This document shows, piece after piece, positions 27,901-44,009 of a stretch of DNA of 64,000 nt; positions within the stretch are counted from its first letter, which is position 1; every line of letters starts with the position of its first letter. Origin of the DNA: the human T2T-CHM13v2.0 reference genome, Homo sapiens. The stretch lies in assembly GCF_009914755.1 (NCBI RefSeq), contig NC_060928.1, one strand, 5' to 3'. The notes under the pieces are model-generated. The model was not told the DNA's origin, ran no database searches, and saw only the letters and a program-made list of their open reading frames with translations. The position numbers were made by a program, and so were the translations under genes.

Positions 27901-29414
27901 AGCATTGCCACCAATTGCCATTGTGGCAAATGGAAACGGATAAAAATAGGCTCATTTAAGGAGAATTATTGGGGCCCAGCTGAAAGTGAACACCCTAATG
28001 TGTAAGAATGTCATCTTGTTTTATTTGTATTCTCCTGTTTTGTTGAAGGTTGTTTCTTAAAAAAAAAAAAATTCAACTTAATTGATATTCAGGTGTAACT
28101 GTCTTGTGGGTTTTACTGTAGTTGTGGTAGGTTTCCTAATAAGTGAAATTCCTTGTCTCCAGGCTTAGGGGTCACACAAACCTATGTTAAAATCCTGTCA
28201 AAAGCAGTAACTTGGGAAGCTTCATCAACTGTAAACAGAGAACATTTTGACCGTATCACAGTATTCATTTTAGAATTAGTAGTAATGCAGCAGTGGATAG
28301 CCCAGTGCAGTATCGGTGCAATAAATCCTTGCTATTGCCACTGTCATTTTTATAACTTTCTTTTAAAAACATAGTGCTTGCTTTTAAATTCCATTTTTAA
28401 GATAAAAATTCTTTAAAGTTTTCTTGGCCTGCCAGTTTCACAATTCTCCACCTCTACCTCCCACTGCATTGCAACACCATTTAATTGTCAGATCCACCTA
28501 TTCCAGGAAGCTTTCTCAAATACTTCAGGGCTACAGATCTCTGCATGTGCTGCCCAATGCCTTTTTCTCTGTTACATACTTTGCGACTTAATTGCATTCT
28601 GTCTAGAAACCCTAACCCATACTTTCTTTGTATTTATAATAATATCAGACCTTTTATTTGTATACATAATAAGTGTCTTCTCAATATCTCATGCATCAAA
28701 TGGAGCCGCAATGGGGTGATTCAGCTGAGCCCTAGCTGCACTGATCAGTCCTGTCCTGCTAACAATCATGTCAGTTTCTGCCATTCCCCTCACCCCTCTC
28801 CTGGCCATTAATTCAGAGAGGTCTGCACCCAACCCTGTTATTAAATTATCTGCTATTAAAATGATAAATTGGTTTCTACTTCAGTAATTGAATGTGCTTG
28901 CAGACTATTCTTTCCAGTCTTGTTTTTATATTAATGTGTTACCTTAAATGGAGATGTTTCTTACATGAGCATCATATTTTCAAGAATTCATTATTTTATG
29001 AATTTGGATCCATTTAAAAAGAATCTTAAGTGATCTTTAAAAATCAAATGAATTTTCCACAAATACAAACTCTGTAGGGATGCTCATTAAAGAAGACGTT
29101 TAAAAGGATATATAGAGGGTCAGAAAACTGAACGAGAATTAGGCCTGTCTCCTCTTTGTTAGACATTGTCATTTCTGCTTCAGAGTATTGTTTTTATGCT
29201 GTAATCAGACTCAGTTTTTGCTGTTATTTCTTGATCCCCAGCACACTTTAATACAGAGGATCTATTAGGGCTCCCTACTTTAGGAACCAGATAAAAGCAT
29301 GTATCTAATCTTGTGGGTATGTGCATGTATATTTTTCCAAGAAAGTGTCCACAGATTTCAAGAGTATCCAAGGGTTCTAAGCTCTCTTTTTTCTCTTAAA
29401 ATATAAGAAACATT

Positions 29415-29630
29415 GCGGTAGTGGAAAGGACTTTTTGATTCTATAACATTAAGCTCAAATACAAGTTTTACCAATTACTACCTCTGCAACTTTGGACAAA
29501 TGAAGCGACTCTCTTAATTATGGTTTCCTTGAGTTCCTGAGCGTGTCAAGTGGGCTAAAAGCGGCAAAGTATGCAAAGCCCTGGCCCACAGTGGATGCAT
29601 AATACATGTTACTGAGGCTTCTTCCTTCTT
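29415..29630 (+). mobile_element. MIR
   Basis: GGTAGTGGAAAGGAC..CAATTACTACCTCTGCAACTTTGGACAAAT..TATGCAAAGCCCTGGCCCACAGT. Confidence 0.55.
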
Positions 29631-31960
29631 GCCTAAAAGTCATCATTCCTACCAAAGCACTGTTCATTTCCTCTTGTTCATTCTCCATCAGAGATAGAAA
29701 CCAGCTGTTCCCATCTCTGTGCACAACAACTGTCTGTGTGCTTAAAGTACTTAAGCACACCCTTGCCCCCTTAACTACGGGTTAATTCCTTTGACCTTTC
29801 TTCGAAGACAGTTGTCAGATGGGAATTTTCTCAGTGGTTTGCCCACTTAAGGCAGTTTGTCTCTGGAGGCAAGCTGTTGAAGAGGGAAGCTGAGAATTGT
29901 TAACAACAGAGCTCAGCCATGAGCTTGATTTCTTCTATTTTTCCATGGGAGCCCATATTATCTCTACTTTGCGGTAAGGGATCAGCTCAATGTGATGTTA
30001 TATGGTTCCCATCCGGCCTGAACACCACTTCCACATAAAAATGGGGAGTAAGTCTGAGAAATCACCACTTTTTAAACGACAGATGATGTAGAAAAAAGAG
30101 AGAAGCAGCAATAGTAGGGGAAGCTTAGAGAAAGTGTTTGGAATTGTATCCAGATTTTCTAGTGTCTGTAGCCAAGAAAAGCCAAAAATCAGTATTTGAG
30201 ACTAACTTTTCAGATGTCTCTTCCCTTACTATCAAAATGAGTCAGGCAGTGTTTAAAAGCACAGGCTTGGCAATTTCAAAATTGCAAATTAAGGAGAAAT
30301 AAAAGAAAATATGCATCACTGAAAAATAAATGGCTATGTCAGAGAACATCCCTCTGCATATCTCTCTGTTCAAATAATTAACTAAGTTTTAGGTACAGAA
30401 TATTGCAATCCTGAGTTCAAGACCAGCTATTCACATTATTAACTATTAACTCTATGTACAGACGGATAATAGGAAACTTCATCAAAATAGATAGATGTTC
30501 AGAAAATCCCATGTACCCCAACTTCTCTGTGTTGTAGCAAATGAGATAATGTAAATGATATTATATGTTTATGAATGAAATGAAATTATATTTTTGTTTA
30601 GGATCTGATTTATTGTGAATATTTTCACTGAACAAAGGCAGCAGAGAAAGTGAAAGGCACAATCTAGGAATCCGTGCTATATGTGGATTGTGAGCAGGAT
30701 AGAAACGTCACAGAAGAGTGGCCCTGATCAATGCTTGCCTCGAGGGTGTACCTTGCAGAAGGGAGAGCGATTCTTCAGCAGACCATCCTTTGGATGGAAA
30801 ACATCAACCCTCTTCCTTGTTAGTCACACATTATCCATAAGATTCTGACTTCCTCAGGCAATTAATAATGAAAACCCCTAAATCTCTTGGCAACAACTTT
30901 CAAGCCTAACAGTTTTCTTTGTCAGATGGGAAGGAAGCAGGATCTGCGAGGACCAGGGCAGACAGTGAGGAATTCCTGAGGCTGGTGAGCAAGGGACAAG
31001 GATCACACAGATGCATTGCCTTCCTAGAGGAGGCAGAGGTTCTCACTGGGCTCTGCAGTGATCAGTTGTGAGGGACGCCCTGAGTTATAATAGCAGGAGT
31101 AGCTTTATTTCAAAAGAGGCCATTGTTGAAAGTCTGTTCAAGGTTACACTTATTCTAACATTGCTCTCCTTTGAATTTTAACGTCTTTTTTTGATACAAG
31201 GAGAAAAAGATGAAGTTAAAAAGTAAGAAGTTATCACAGGAGCAGGCTGTAGCCTGTGTTTCATGTAAGGAAAACGGTTGCAAACTGTTTGAGAAGGTCA
31301 TGAGACCTGCAGCCTGTCTGCAGGAGAGGGGATGGAGTGGAAGAGCTCGGCATCCATATTGTCTGCGTTTGTCAAGGCCTGGCTAGGTTGAAGTTTCAGA
31401 AAAAAAGTAAAACCTAAAAGAACCGCTCTCTGTTTCTCCTAAACACACGGACACACGCAAGTGCCCACATGAAAACAGTCAGTGAATGCAAAAGTAATTG
31501 CTTTGTGTTAGCAATAAATTGAGAATCATTGGAGTTTTTCAGCTACTTTACTCATTGGATATTTGAGGAGAAAAAAGGAAATGAAAAGTAGTGTTAAGAG
31601 GTATTCACAGATTTTCCTCAGTAGAAAGATGTGGAAACTGAATCTGAAGAAAGAGAAAAGATTGGTTAAAAAGAAATGGATACTTCATAGGCTAGGATTT
31701 TACCAAGCTTGTATCTACATGGTAATACTTGGAGCTCAAAAAGTCCATGTGTCAGTCTATTTCTAACTACTTAACTGTCGTTCATTGTGTTTTTGAAACA
31801 CTTAAGGAATATATTTATTTCCTAATCCTTCGAGATATTAACTCATACTGATATGCTAATAATGCCCTAGTTTAAAGGTACTAAATATACTGATTGTGTG
31901 TTTAAAAGCCTGCACTTTTATATGACCCAATGGTAATTTAAAGCATCCCAAGGTAATATT

Positions 31961-32604
<644 letters not shown>

Positions 32605-33068
32605 CCAAAGTATTATTTTTAAGAGTTACTTCTACTTCAAGAGTGACAGGAAAAAATATTCCAATCATTTCTAGAGGGACTTACATTTTTCTCTATTGAA
32701 TTGTGAATGTTTGTTGCTTTTCTTGAAAATTAATTTTTTGTTATACTATTATTTCAATATTATTAAATAAATAATTATACTACTACCAATTAAAAACAAT
32801 TAAATCAATTGTTTTCAATTAAAGTGATTAATTTTACTATGAAAAGAGTAATAGTTATATGCTCAGGGACTGGAAGAAATCCAGGTAGGATTATTTGGAA
32901 ACTTAGTTTCATTTTTCTATTTATGCTTACCATTTTTTACTTATGGGGACACTTTGCCCATGGGAAATTATTGAATGTTTTAATTGAGTTAGATTATTTA
33001 AAAACTGGAGACAATGTATTGGTTTTGTTCTATTCCATTGTTGTTTAATTGACAGAGAAAAAACAGGG

Positions 33069-33375
<307 letters not shown>

Positions 33376-35869
33376 AAAAAAACATTTTTTTTATTTTTAT
33401 TTGCTTAAAAAAATAGAACATCAACAGTATAAGTATTAACTAGACTATTGAGGAATTAAAACTAACTGATAATTAGAAACTTTATGGGGAAAACTCAAGA
33501 GGTATGAAAGCTGGAGTACTTACATTAAAAAGTAATACTGTTGAAACTATTCGATTTATAACAGTTGCAAGGAAAATTAAAATACAGTGTGTAATCCACT
33601 GCAATGATTTCAAGATTGACAGCTCAGTGTTTTTTTTTTCCCAGATTACTGAAAACATTATTTAAAACATCTAACTTGGCAAGAGTATAGTTAGTAACTA
33701 AGAACCTGCATTCTTTTTTTCAGTGTCATTAACTTTAGTTTCCTAGTTAAAGGAAGATTACCTTTGATAATGTTATGAACTTGATCAAAATATAGTTGAA
33801 TAACTTTGAATCTTCATGGTATTTTGATGATGCTTCTTTTATCTTCAGACAATCATTAGAGAATCAAGCACATTTCTGTCTCTCCATAGTAAAATGAGAA
33901 CAGTGTTGCATATCCTCTCTAAAGCTGTGACAAGAATGAGTATTAAATCCTATTCCAACTGCCTTAGCCATGTGGATGCCCTATGGTTTGGGGCTACATT
34001 TTTTTATTGGGACATTAAAAACAGTTTTTCTTATATTGGAATTTTGTATTTTGTCACATTATAGATATTTGCAGTTCCATTCCATTTTATTCCACATGCA
34101 TTTCCAATGGTATATAACTTTAATATCAGAAAAAGTCAATCCATGATTACCATTGAAGTAGAAGGGACCCTTACGTTCTGCCAGAGAACACATGACTCAC
34201 TCCAGATGGACAAGACCATATCCTATTTTTAAAGATCTACTCTACTGAAAAACTTTACCTAGCAATATTTCTGATGAAGGAAAACTTCAATCCAACTGGG
34301 TACACTATTTTTAACTATGCAGGTAATACAAATAGTATATCTTTCCACCCTCTTCCAATTTTAGACAGCTTTTCTGTGAGTCAAAATGCTATGAAGAATT
34401 GCATAAGGTATTTATTCATTAGGTGTATTTGGAAAAGCCATAGTGTAAATCCAACACTTGGTTTGGAGTTATATCCCTTCGTATGTAACACAATGAAAGT
34501 TGTGTTGTGGTACTTTACAGTTAAGATCTAGTCGGTCCCAGCATCTGTATCCATGTTTAGGATGAAAAAGTTAACTTGAGTAACAAAGTAAAAAGAAAAA
34601 GGAGACCCTAATATCTGGCTCAGAATGATCTATCTTACAACAAATGACAATATGCAAATTCAGTCAAAGCAGAAGGATAAGAACTTTATAATATGCAGGT
34701 TTGTGGGTATGTCTACAGCCACATTGTTTTTAAACCTCCACTAAGGACTTTATTTTTCTTCAATATTATAAGTCACCCAGCAGCCCTAGCCAAGGACAGA
34801 GGTCACTGTTGTCCCAGTTCCAGCTCTGATGCTCTCTGAGCATCATCTCCGTTACACCTTCCTGAAGTTCATTCCACTGTCAGTAGCTGTCACTCAGTCA
34901 CACTTAGTGATGTGACCGATGTGACATTTTCCATGGGGGATAAATAAAAACTTTACATTTCCCTCCCCAATGTTAATGTTATGACTTCTTTGGAGTTAAT
35001 CGACTGACTTCTTTTTCCTTCAACTTTCAGTCAGTTCCTACTAATTCCTTAAAGGATGTCTCCTTTGTTCCAGCTAATGCAGCTAAAAGGAATGCTATAA
35101 GTCAGAAAAGGCTATATTGAATTCTTTTAAGATATAAAAAAATTTCCAACCCTTATAAAATGAAATGTATTCATATGTTGTTGGTTAATTTCCTACTAAT
35201 GCACACATAACATATATGTTGGAGTTATTTCATCAGTGAATATCTCTCAAAAAGATATACTGAGACAGAGAACTCTGTTCAAATATGAGCCTTGAATCTA
35301 CTGGGGCTAATTATCAGTGTAGAATGGCTAAGTAGAATTTTTGCATATATCATTTTATGCAGTACCTTTGTAACAAATTGATTTAAGTGCCTTTTTGGAA
35401 CAGTAGTTGGGCAGAATTGATTTGGTGTCTAGGAGATTGACTTACACAGCAAAACTGTGTCTAGGTTTATTCTGGCATCTAAATCGAGTTTCAAGCAAGT
35501 GGAAGGGTTGGTGGTGCTGGAATGCAGTTCTCCACCAATTTATATTGTGAAGTGCTATGACATACATTATTAAAAGAGATTCAGTGTAAGTATGATGAGT
35601 TAAAATACCCATTGACAGCTGGCAAAACAACCAAAGCATTTGCGTTACGTTAAAAATGTTAAAAGTAAATTTTGTCTCATTGAAATCATATGATCTGACA
35701 TGGTCAAGGTAGAATTGATGAGATGTTTTAATTGCAAAACTTTTTGTTCCACAAGATAAAGAAGCATTTGTGCAAAGTGGATAAATAGGGATGGTGTGTT
35801 AAATGTGCATATTCAATGGATTTGTACTTTCTTCTCATTCAAACTCCAAGCATCTTTTTAAGCCAGAGC

Positions 35870-36100
35870 AAATCCAGCCTGTGTCATTTTGTTTAGCTTC
35901 CTGAGGGCAGGGACTTTGTTCTGTCTACTGGCATCTCCCTATACTTGTTAAATGCTTGGGGCAAATGTGTTCATCTTTCTAAGCTTCCATTTCCTCGTCT
36001 GTGTGTTGGAGAATCGATTACTTCTTCTTAGTGTTGTGAATATTAAATGAATAATAGGTGTAAAGCATTTAAAAATGTCTGAGAATAGAAGCACCTTCCT
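35870..36100 (+). mobile_element. L2 tail fragment followed by MIR
   Basis: AGCTTCCTGAGGGCAGGGACTTTGTT; TTTCCTCGTCTGT..TTGTGAATATTAAATGAATAATAGGTGTAAAGCATTT. Confidence 0.6.
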
Positions 36101-37119
36101 ACTAATTATATCAGAGAAATAAAATGGACAGTTTCAAAACTCTCTGCTTTAAAAACCGTCCTCTTATTCCTTCTTTTGCACAAGTTGTTCTTTGTTGTAT
36201 GTTCTGCATCTGCTATCTTTTTTCCTCTTATTCCGTTCCTCTCTCACTTAGTCCCCCTTTCTCCCCATCACCCTTTCTTTCTCTTTTGTCTTTTGTTTCC
36301 TAGGATATGGCCTGGGTATGGAAAGAAACCCTTCTCTTTCTTTCTTACTCCAACACAGCTTTCAGCCATTTCTTTGATTTTTCATATTGTGTTGAATGCT
36401 CTCTGCACTTCAGCCATTTTCCTTCTGCCCATCAAGGTGGTGTGCTTGGGAGAGCAGGCAGCCTGCATTGAGAAGCACTCTCTGCTGCTGTGGGAACCGA
36501 GGCCTTTCTGCTGACAGAGCAGGTGGCAGGGATGCTGGAATTGCAGGTGCTCACCCCCAAGACCTCTATTCATGAGGGCCCACCCAGGGTAGCCCACCAA
36601 ATTTAAAACCAGAAGTTGCCTTTCAGCTTTTATATCTGTGCCCAACTCTCTTTTACATACAGTTCAGAAATTATGATATCATGAAAATGTGACTTCAGTT
36701 CCCTCAAAATATCTGCTAGCTGCATAATCAAGGGTGGTTTGTGCATTTTGTGGAAAGATTAGCTTAAGATTGCCTTTCAAAAATTATAATATGACTTTTT
36801 GCATTCAGAACATTATGATACATCCGGATATGGGTTTTGAACCTATTATCCTTCTTTGTAATTCAGAAACTGTATATGATGGATTTAAATTTTCTGAATT
36901 TAAGATGTATCTTAAAATAGCTTAATGCTTACTGGGATTGTTTAAAGTATTTATTGATAATGACAGCAATATAATTCACAAATACTATGTTTAACTGTGA
37001 AAAAGCGTTTTCTATTTTATCTTAAATTGTACTTTGATAGATATAATTGGTGTGTAAAATTTTACCTAAATTTTAATGCATCTCCCAAAACGTTATTTGT
37101 TGGTATGTATTTCCACATT

Positions 37120-37650
37120 AAAATGGTAATATGTAACATTTATTGAATGTTATTAATATGTGTAAGGCCCTGTGCTTAATATCTCATATAATTTTCCCAG
37201 CAGCCCTATGAAATGTGTTCTAAATGTTAGTCTTAATTTATAGATTAGGAAATTGAAGCTTAGAGAAGTTTAAAAGAGAAAGAAAAACTGGCTCAAGGTC
37301 ATAACACTAATAAATGACACAACTGGGATGAAATTCTTATATAATTAAAGCAAAGGCCCAGTCCTCAAGTTATCCCCAAAGTAGAGGGAGCAAACAGAAA
37401 TATGCAGTATTGCACACAGGCTTGGCAAGTCTAGCATCTGTCAGGCACTTATTCTATGCTGAGCACTTCACCAAGCATTGTACAAGCTCTAGTCGAACAT
37501 GAGGTAGGCAGTTTTATTATGCCCGTTTTACACATGAAGAGGTATAGGTACGGAGAGGTTGAATGGCTTGGCCAGAAAGTGGCAGAGCCAGATGTGGATT
37601 CAGGCACTCTGGTTTGAGTGGCATGGATCTTAAACCCACACTGTACTCTC
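37120..37650 (-). mobile_element. Two MIR copies
   Basis: TTTATAGATTAGGAAATTGAAGCTTAGAGAAGTT; GAGGTAGGCAG..CCCGTTTTACACATGAAGA..GTGGCAGAGCCAG. Confidence 0.7.
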
Positions 37651-39209
37651 TTTGTTCACAGGAAGGCATACGATCTTAAGTCACATTGAATTAACATTGA
37701 AATGTACTAATTTCCACCCTTCATAACTGTGCTTCCCCTTTAGTTTTTTAGAAATAGCTTCCCTGTAGGGAATTCTAAAGGATAGAAAGCATTGATGGTG
37801 AACACTTCTCCCAAGGCTTCAAACCTCTCCCCAGTCTTCCCTGAGTTTCATGCTGCATAACCTGTGTGGTACCTGATTATTCTATGCAAGACTGTACTAC
37901 GTATAACTAGTCTTTCTCTTGAATGAATACAAATATCTCTCTTTTATGTGAAACTCATTTTTTTCTAACACATACTGTTATTAGGATCTTCAAATACATG
38001 AAAATAATTCTTTTCCCTGATATATATTATTTACCTGGATATAGGAACAAAAAGAGTTTCATTAAGTAAATATACTTTTAATCAAATTAGGAATTTAATC
38101 TGTAATGACATTTACAAGTTGGCATACTCATTTACCGTCCACATTTACATTTCTTTGCTTTTCTAAAGTTAAAATCTGGCAAATACTCATTTATCATTAC
38201 TCAGTAGTTTCCAAAGTACTCCATGGAAGTACAGATTTATGATATTTCTCAGTCAGACTCTAAGAGAGGTTAAACCATGAAGGAAAATAAAATTACCAGT
38301 AATTAAATTTACAGGCAGGTTTGCCATCTAAAGCAAATTTATTGCTTCACAGTGAAACATAGTTTAGACACTTTCACATAAAGTGAATCCATTTTTACAT
38401 GATATAGGTATTATACATTGCTGTTTCAATTTATATAATTAAAATTATATCATTGCACTCTAAGGTTAATGGGATACTCAACTGGAAACCATACGTCGTG
38501 GGCAATAAAATAGCAGCATTGCAGTATTGGCTCTTTTGTTAAAAGCTGATGCAATATTTCAACACCATTACATTCTACCTTTTAAAAATCTTTAGAACAA
38601 ATAAGAAGCAAAGACATGCCAATTTAAAAAAAAAATGCTCTTTTTCTCTGTCTTTCTCTCTATTCCCCACTCCACTTCTTGTCAAACATATAGAAACACA
38701 TACATGTTTAGGATATATACATTATATATTATGGAAAATGTACATTCAGCTCTGTTATTAGCATGGATACACATATGTGGTGATAGACATGACAGGAAAA
38801 TACATCAATACCCATTTTGAAAACAGTTTTTTCTCAAATTCAAAACAAATTAAAAGGTGTTCCTATAGTCTGTTCAAATTCTAGCATGATCAAAAGAATG
38901 TATCATGCATTGCAGAGCTGTTGTGGGTATATGGAGGTAGAATTAAGGGAAGAACAATATAATCTAATGTCTAGAGGTGAACCAGAACAGACAAGACTTC
39001 TAAGAGAAGTGTGGTATCTAAAAAGGGTTGAGACATCCAAAGTAGTAGGCATTCTTTGATAGCCATGCTCTAATAAATGGACTCTTATTACACTAAGAAA
39101 TATTAGACCAAATACAAAAGAGCTGCAAAGGAACCAAAGAGAATAGTAAATATGCTAGTCCCCAACAGAGATAGATATTGATTTTAAAATTGCTTTACAG
39201 AGTCTGCTG

Positions 39210-39490
39210 CATTCATCAGCCAAGAAATAAACAAAAATGTGTTATATTTATACAATGGAATATTATTGAGCGATAAAAATAAATGGAGTACAGATACATG
39301 CTACAACCTGGGGGTTAGAAAAGGGAGAACTGCTAATGAGTACACAGCTTTTTTGGGGGGGTAATGAAAATGTCCTGAGATTATGGTGATGGTTGCACAA
39401 CTGCATAAATAATCTAAAAAACTATGAATTGTACAGTTTACACAGGTAAACTTTTTGGTATGTTAATTATATCTCAATAAAGCTGATAAA
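39210..39490 (+). mobile_element. L1M (MB/MC/ME class) 3' end with an internal deletion
   Basis: ATACAATGGAATATTA..GATACATGCTACAAC..GGTGATGGTTGCACAAC..TGAATTGTACA..TTATATCTCAATAAAGCTG. Confidence 0.82.
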
Positions 39491-39999
39491 GTCATTTGCA
39501 ATATTTTCTGTCTCTCGGCCATTTTCTTGTGAAGATTTGATGTTTTACAGTTTTATTTATGAAGTCTTTATTTCTAGGCATTTTTTCAACTGAAGTTGAA
39601 CACATTTTTTATCATGATCAAGAATCATATTTTAGTTGAAGTCTGTAAATTCTAGAAGGAAGTCATAGTGATTGGCTATATTTATAGACCACTTTTACAA
39701 AGTCAGAATTGAGTATATACATCGACATGAAAAACCTGGGTTCAGGGGACAGAAAACAACAAGCCTTGCTGTTCTCAAACAGTTAGATGTTGTGCTCTAG
39801 TTGTTCTTGCACAAAGATTCCTAAATCCTTTGTTATAATAGGTCTTGTGAATGAAGGGTCCTCTTAATTTTTGCTCTTATTAACTGAAAACTTCTTAGTC
39901 CTCTAGTCAGTGTTTTAGAATCCCAACACAACCTCTTTTTTTCCTTCTAATTGTTAAATGCAGCAAACACTATTTTCTTAGCCCTCATCCCCAGCAATG

Positions 40000-41760
40000 T
40001 CACCCATAACCTTTGTCTCTTCTTTCCATTGTGGTCTCCTTTTTAGAAATAATTGTCCATTTCTTCTTACCAGACCATCCCCATCACTGTCCCTAAGAGC
40101 CAGCTTAATGCCCTCCTCTTTGAAAAGCACTTCCTGATTTGCATGCCACCTCACTCTTGTTAAATCCCATTATTTTATTTACACATGCATTCCATGCATG
40201 TCATCCTGGGTTGATGTCTGCTCTTTACTCACATATGCATGGCTGATCTTCCTCAGTATATTGCAGTCATTTTGATGAGAAAAATAGGATCACATTTTTT
40301 ATGTGTCTTCATAAATGAGTAATGCAATTCCTGACACAAAGTCATGGAGTCAGGTGTTCAGGAAATGATTATTTCCTGGTTAGTATCCATGCTATGTTGA
40401 CTAAATATGAAACTCACATATATCCCTGGACACAGTATTGAGAGAATAAAAGGATTTTAAAGTCCATCAGCCAAGACTGAGACTGAGACTATAGTTTAGG
40501 CTGAATAAAGGCTTTCAAAGACTGTTTACCACTTAAAATTCACGGTATTTATATTAACTTACATTAACACAACTTTGACATCACCTTTATCTTACCTGAT
40601 TTCATTAAAGATATTTGGATCATGAAAAAAAATATCTCTACCCTATCTTAGGGAACCAAAGAGCAAGTCATCATTGTTTTAATTTGCCAAAGTATTAGAT
40701 GACATTTTCATATAATATTCCCTAAGAAAGACACCAAGTACCTGGTAAATAGGTAATTTTCTTGAGAATTGTAATGTCCATAAGTATAATACCAATTTTC
40801 TAATCATTGATGGGCATTTTAATTTCATGTTTTATTGACCACAACCAGGCATAGCATTAGGATACAATGATGAATTTTGCACTGTTCCTAGGGAAATTTC
40901 AGCTCTTATGGGATATGTCAACAAGGCAGCTAATGATTACAATCCAGTATGCTATCAGTTGAGTATAATATTCTACCAGGGTGCAAGGAAGGAAGACTAC
41001 TCCAGTATTAACACATTTCAAAGAAAATTGCTAGAAAAAAGAATGTTCAAGCCCCGCCCCAGAGGATGAGTAGGAGGATTAACCAATTAAAAGACATCAT
41101 GTGAATATTCCAAGCAGAGAGAGAAGCATGTGCAAACCCTTGGCAAGAAAAAATGTATAGATACTAAAGATATTATATATATAAATTTAAACTCTATTGC
41201 AAGGTCTTTTTTGATGATCATCTGCTGTCCCCAACACTTCAAGCAGTAACAGAGTACATTTCCCCCTTTATTATTTCAAAACTTTCTATATTTTCTTAGT
41301 GATTTTTATTTTAATCAGTGCAGTGGCATAATGATCACTTTACCTATCTACTTTTCCTTTCTGGATCTGAACTTCTTGAGAGCAGAGACTATGCTATTTT
41401 TAACTTTTCATTTCTAAGTGTGTTCGGCACATACTGCCTTCATAAATAATTCTTGAAGTGAGCTAAATTGAATGAATGGAAGTGCAGAAAGTAAGATGGG
41501 CCAGTGCCTTTTTGTGCTCTGATGAAGCACTTCATAGCTTCACAAGGAATAGATCGGAGCATTTGATCTTCATGGGAACCATGACACAACAGTGCTTGGT
41601 ATTATTTTTTCCTAGTTAGAGAAAATGAAACATGAGTCAAAGAATCTCAGTAACTTGACTAAGATCACTTGGTCACCAGTTTTAATTTTTGTGGAATGGA
41701 GCCAAGGATTTCTATTCAAAATTACCTGTTCCAGACCTGTCCCAGTACACATTATGCAAA
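40000..41760. mobile_element. Cluster of degraded L2 (both strands) and MIR fragments
   Basis: CTGAACTTCTTGAGAGCAGAGACTATG; GCAGAGAGAGAAGCATGTGCAAA; AGTAACTTGACTAAGATCAC. Confidence 0.45.
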
Positions 41761-41809
41761 AAAAAAAAAAAAAAAGAGGTTTTAGAGTGACCTCTCAAAA
41801 AGTACGGCT

Positions 41810-41897
41810 TTGATGGTCACACAACAGTGTGAACGTACTTAACACCAGTGAACTGTACACTTCAAAGTGGGTGAAATGGTAAATTTCATGTTATAAA
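41810..41897 (+). mobile_element. Short L1M 3' UTR fragment
   Basis: GATGGTCACACAACAGTGTGAACGTACTTAA..GAACTGTACACTT..AAATGGTAAATTTCATGTTATA. Confidence 0.75.
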
Positions 41898-42082
41898 ATA
41901 GTGGACTTTCTTATCCAGCTCTCTCCTTTGTCCAGAGAGTGTATACACTCTTCTTGCCTTTAATGGGGCTTCCTAGTTTTTATTTTCTGTTGGCATCTAC
42001 AATTTCCAACTAGATGCAAATAAACAAATGCCATGTTTGTAAACCAAACAAAAGCTAGAAGGTACCATTTATCAGAGGAGTT

Positions 42083-42282
42083 CCAGTGGGTTACCAACAT
42101 GGGGTTCAAAGACCATGGGCATAACAGTTACCAGGCAGACTTGTTAAAAATATAGATTCCTGGACCTCTTCCCTAGCGATTCTGCCTAATATTTCTGGAG
42201 TGGCGCTCAGAAGTCTGTTTTTTAAAACAATGTCCCTAGGTATTTTTTATGGGTGATCTTCAAATAACATTTTGAAACCACA
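42083..42282. mobile_element. MER5-family hAT-Charlie DNA transposon
   Basis: CAGTGG..CTTGTTAAAAATATAGATTCCTGG..TTTGAAACCACAG. Confidence 0.65.
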
Positions 42283-42349
42283 GCTCCAGGGTGATTGAAC
42301 TGTAATATCAGAGAGCCAGACCTCTATAGAAGCTACCTCTTACCTCCTG

Positions 42350-42580
42350 TAAGAAGCAGGATAGCAGTGCTTCAGAATAGGAGGTTTGAGAAACAACAGA
42401 GCAAGTTCAAATCCCAGCTCCGCTGCTTACTAGCTGTATGGCCACAGGTAAATAATGTAACCTCTCCAAACCCCAGTTCCTCATCTCCAAAATAAAAATA
42501 GGAGAATACATCCCGACTTGGTTATAGAAACAATACAATGTGTTCCCTGGAAGTTAGTAGTTGCTCAATAAATGTTAGCT
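42350..42580 (+). mobile_element. MIR
   Basis: GTTCAAATCCCAGCTCCGCTGCTTACTAGCTGTATG..AACCTCTC..CAGTTCCTCATCT..GCTCAATAAATGTTAGCT. Confidence 0.85.
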
Positions 42581-43334
42581 TTGAGTATTACCTTATTTTA
42601 TCAGTTGTAAATTGCATACTTTTTCACACTTCCATCTGTGGAATTTTACAGTTATTGTCAGTAAGTTATTGACACTTTTTATTAACAGCAAGAAGTGCTA
42701 GGATCAAGACATATTAGAGATTATATGAAAGAGATTATTATTACTGTGTTCAACAAAACTGTTGCTGAGAACTAGAAGTTCCTGAGGGTTTCCAGTGGGA
42801 GAAAAAAAAAAACAGTTTTGGTGTAGGAACAGTCCCAATAATCCCTAAAAAAAACCTCATTAATACATCCAACAAAGAAAGCCCAAAGTACTTATTCCAT
42901 ATCGAATTTTATTAAGATTTGCAAGAGGAAAGACATACATAGAAGAGATGCATATAAATCAAGAAGCAACAGTCAAGGTGGTGATAAAAACATACCCTGA
43001 AAGAAACAGAATTATCATAAAGCAATGATCACATCAGATATTATGCTATCAGTAAATGCTTTTGAATACATGAATGAGAAAATAGGAGTGAGGGTGAGAA
43101 AAGACCACAGCAGACTTTCTCACTTGCAAATATTAAAATCTTGAGTAAACTAAGCATAAGTTTCTTGGGGATAATAACCTGCAAATCTGAAATATATTGA
43201 TGTATATCACCTGAAAGGAGATTTATGTATGCAGCGTGTAGTTCAGTTCCCACCATGATACAAAGACTTTAATCTGTGTTTCTGTCTCTGATCCGTTCAT
43301 TGAGCTGTAGTCTCTTATCTCCAACATTTTATAA

Positions 43335-43831
<497 letters not shown>

Positions 43832-44009
43832 ATAAATATTTTTTCTTTTTTTTTCCCTGCCTCCCTTGCGCAAACATTTGGCGATGGTGTACCACATGCC
43901 AGTAATTCTGCAGAAATAAGATGAGTTAACATCCCTGCCTTTGTTTATCATATTGTCTAACAGGAGAGAAAGTTATTTAGGAAAGGAATTCAATTAAAAC
44001 TATTTTTTC

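Noticed and set aside
34140-34300. Possible L3/CR1 relic (similar text at ~55450-55560)
   Set aside because: Resemblance too faint to call without a profile-HMM search.
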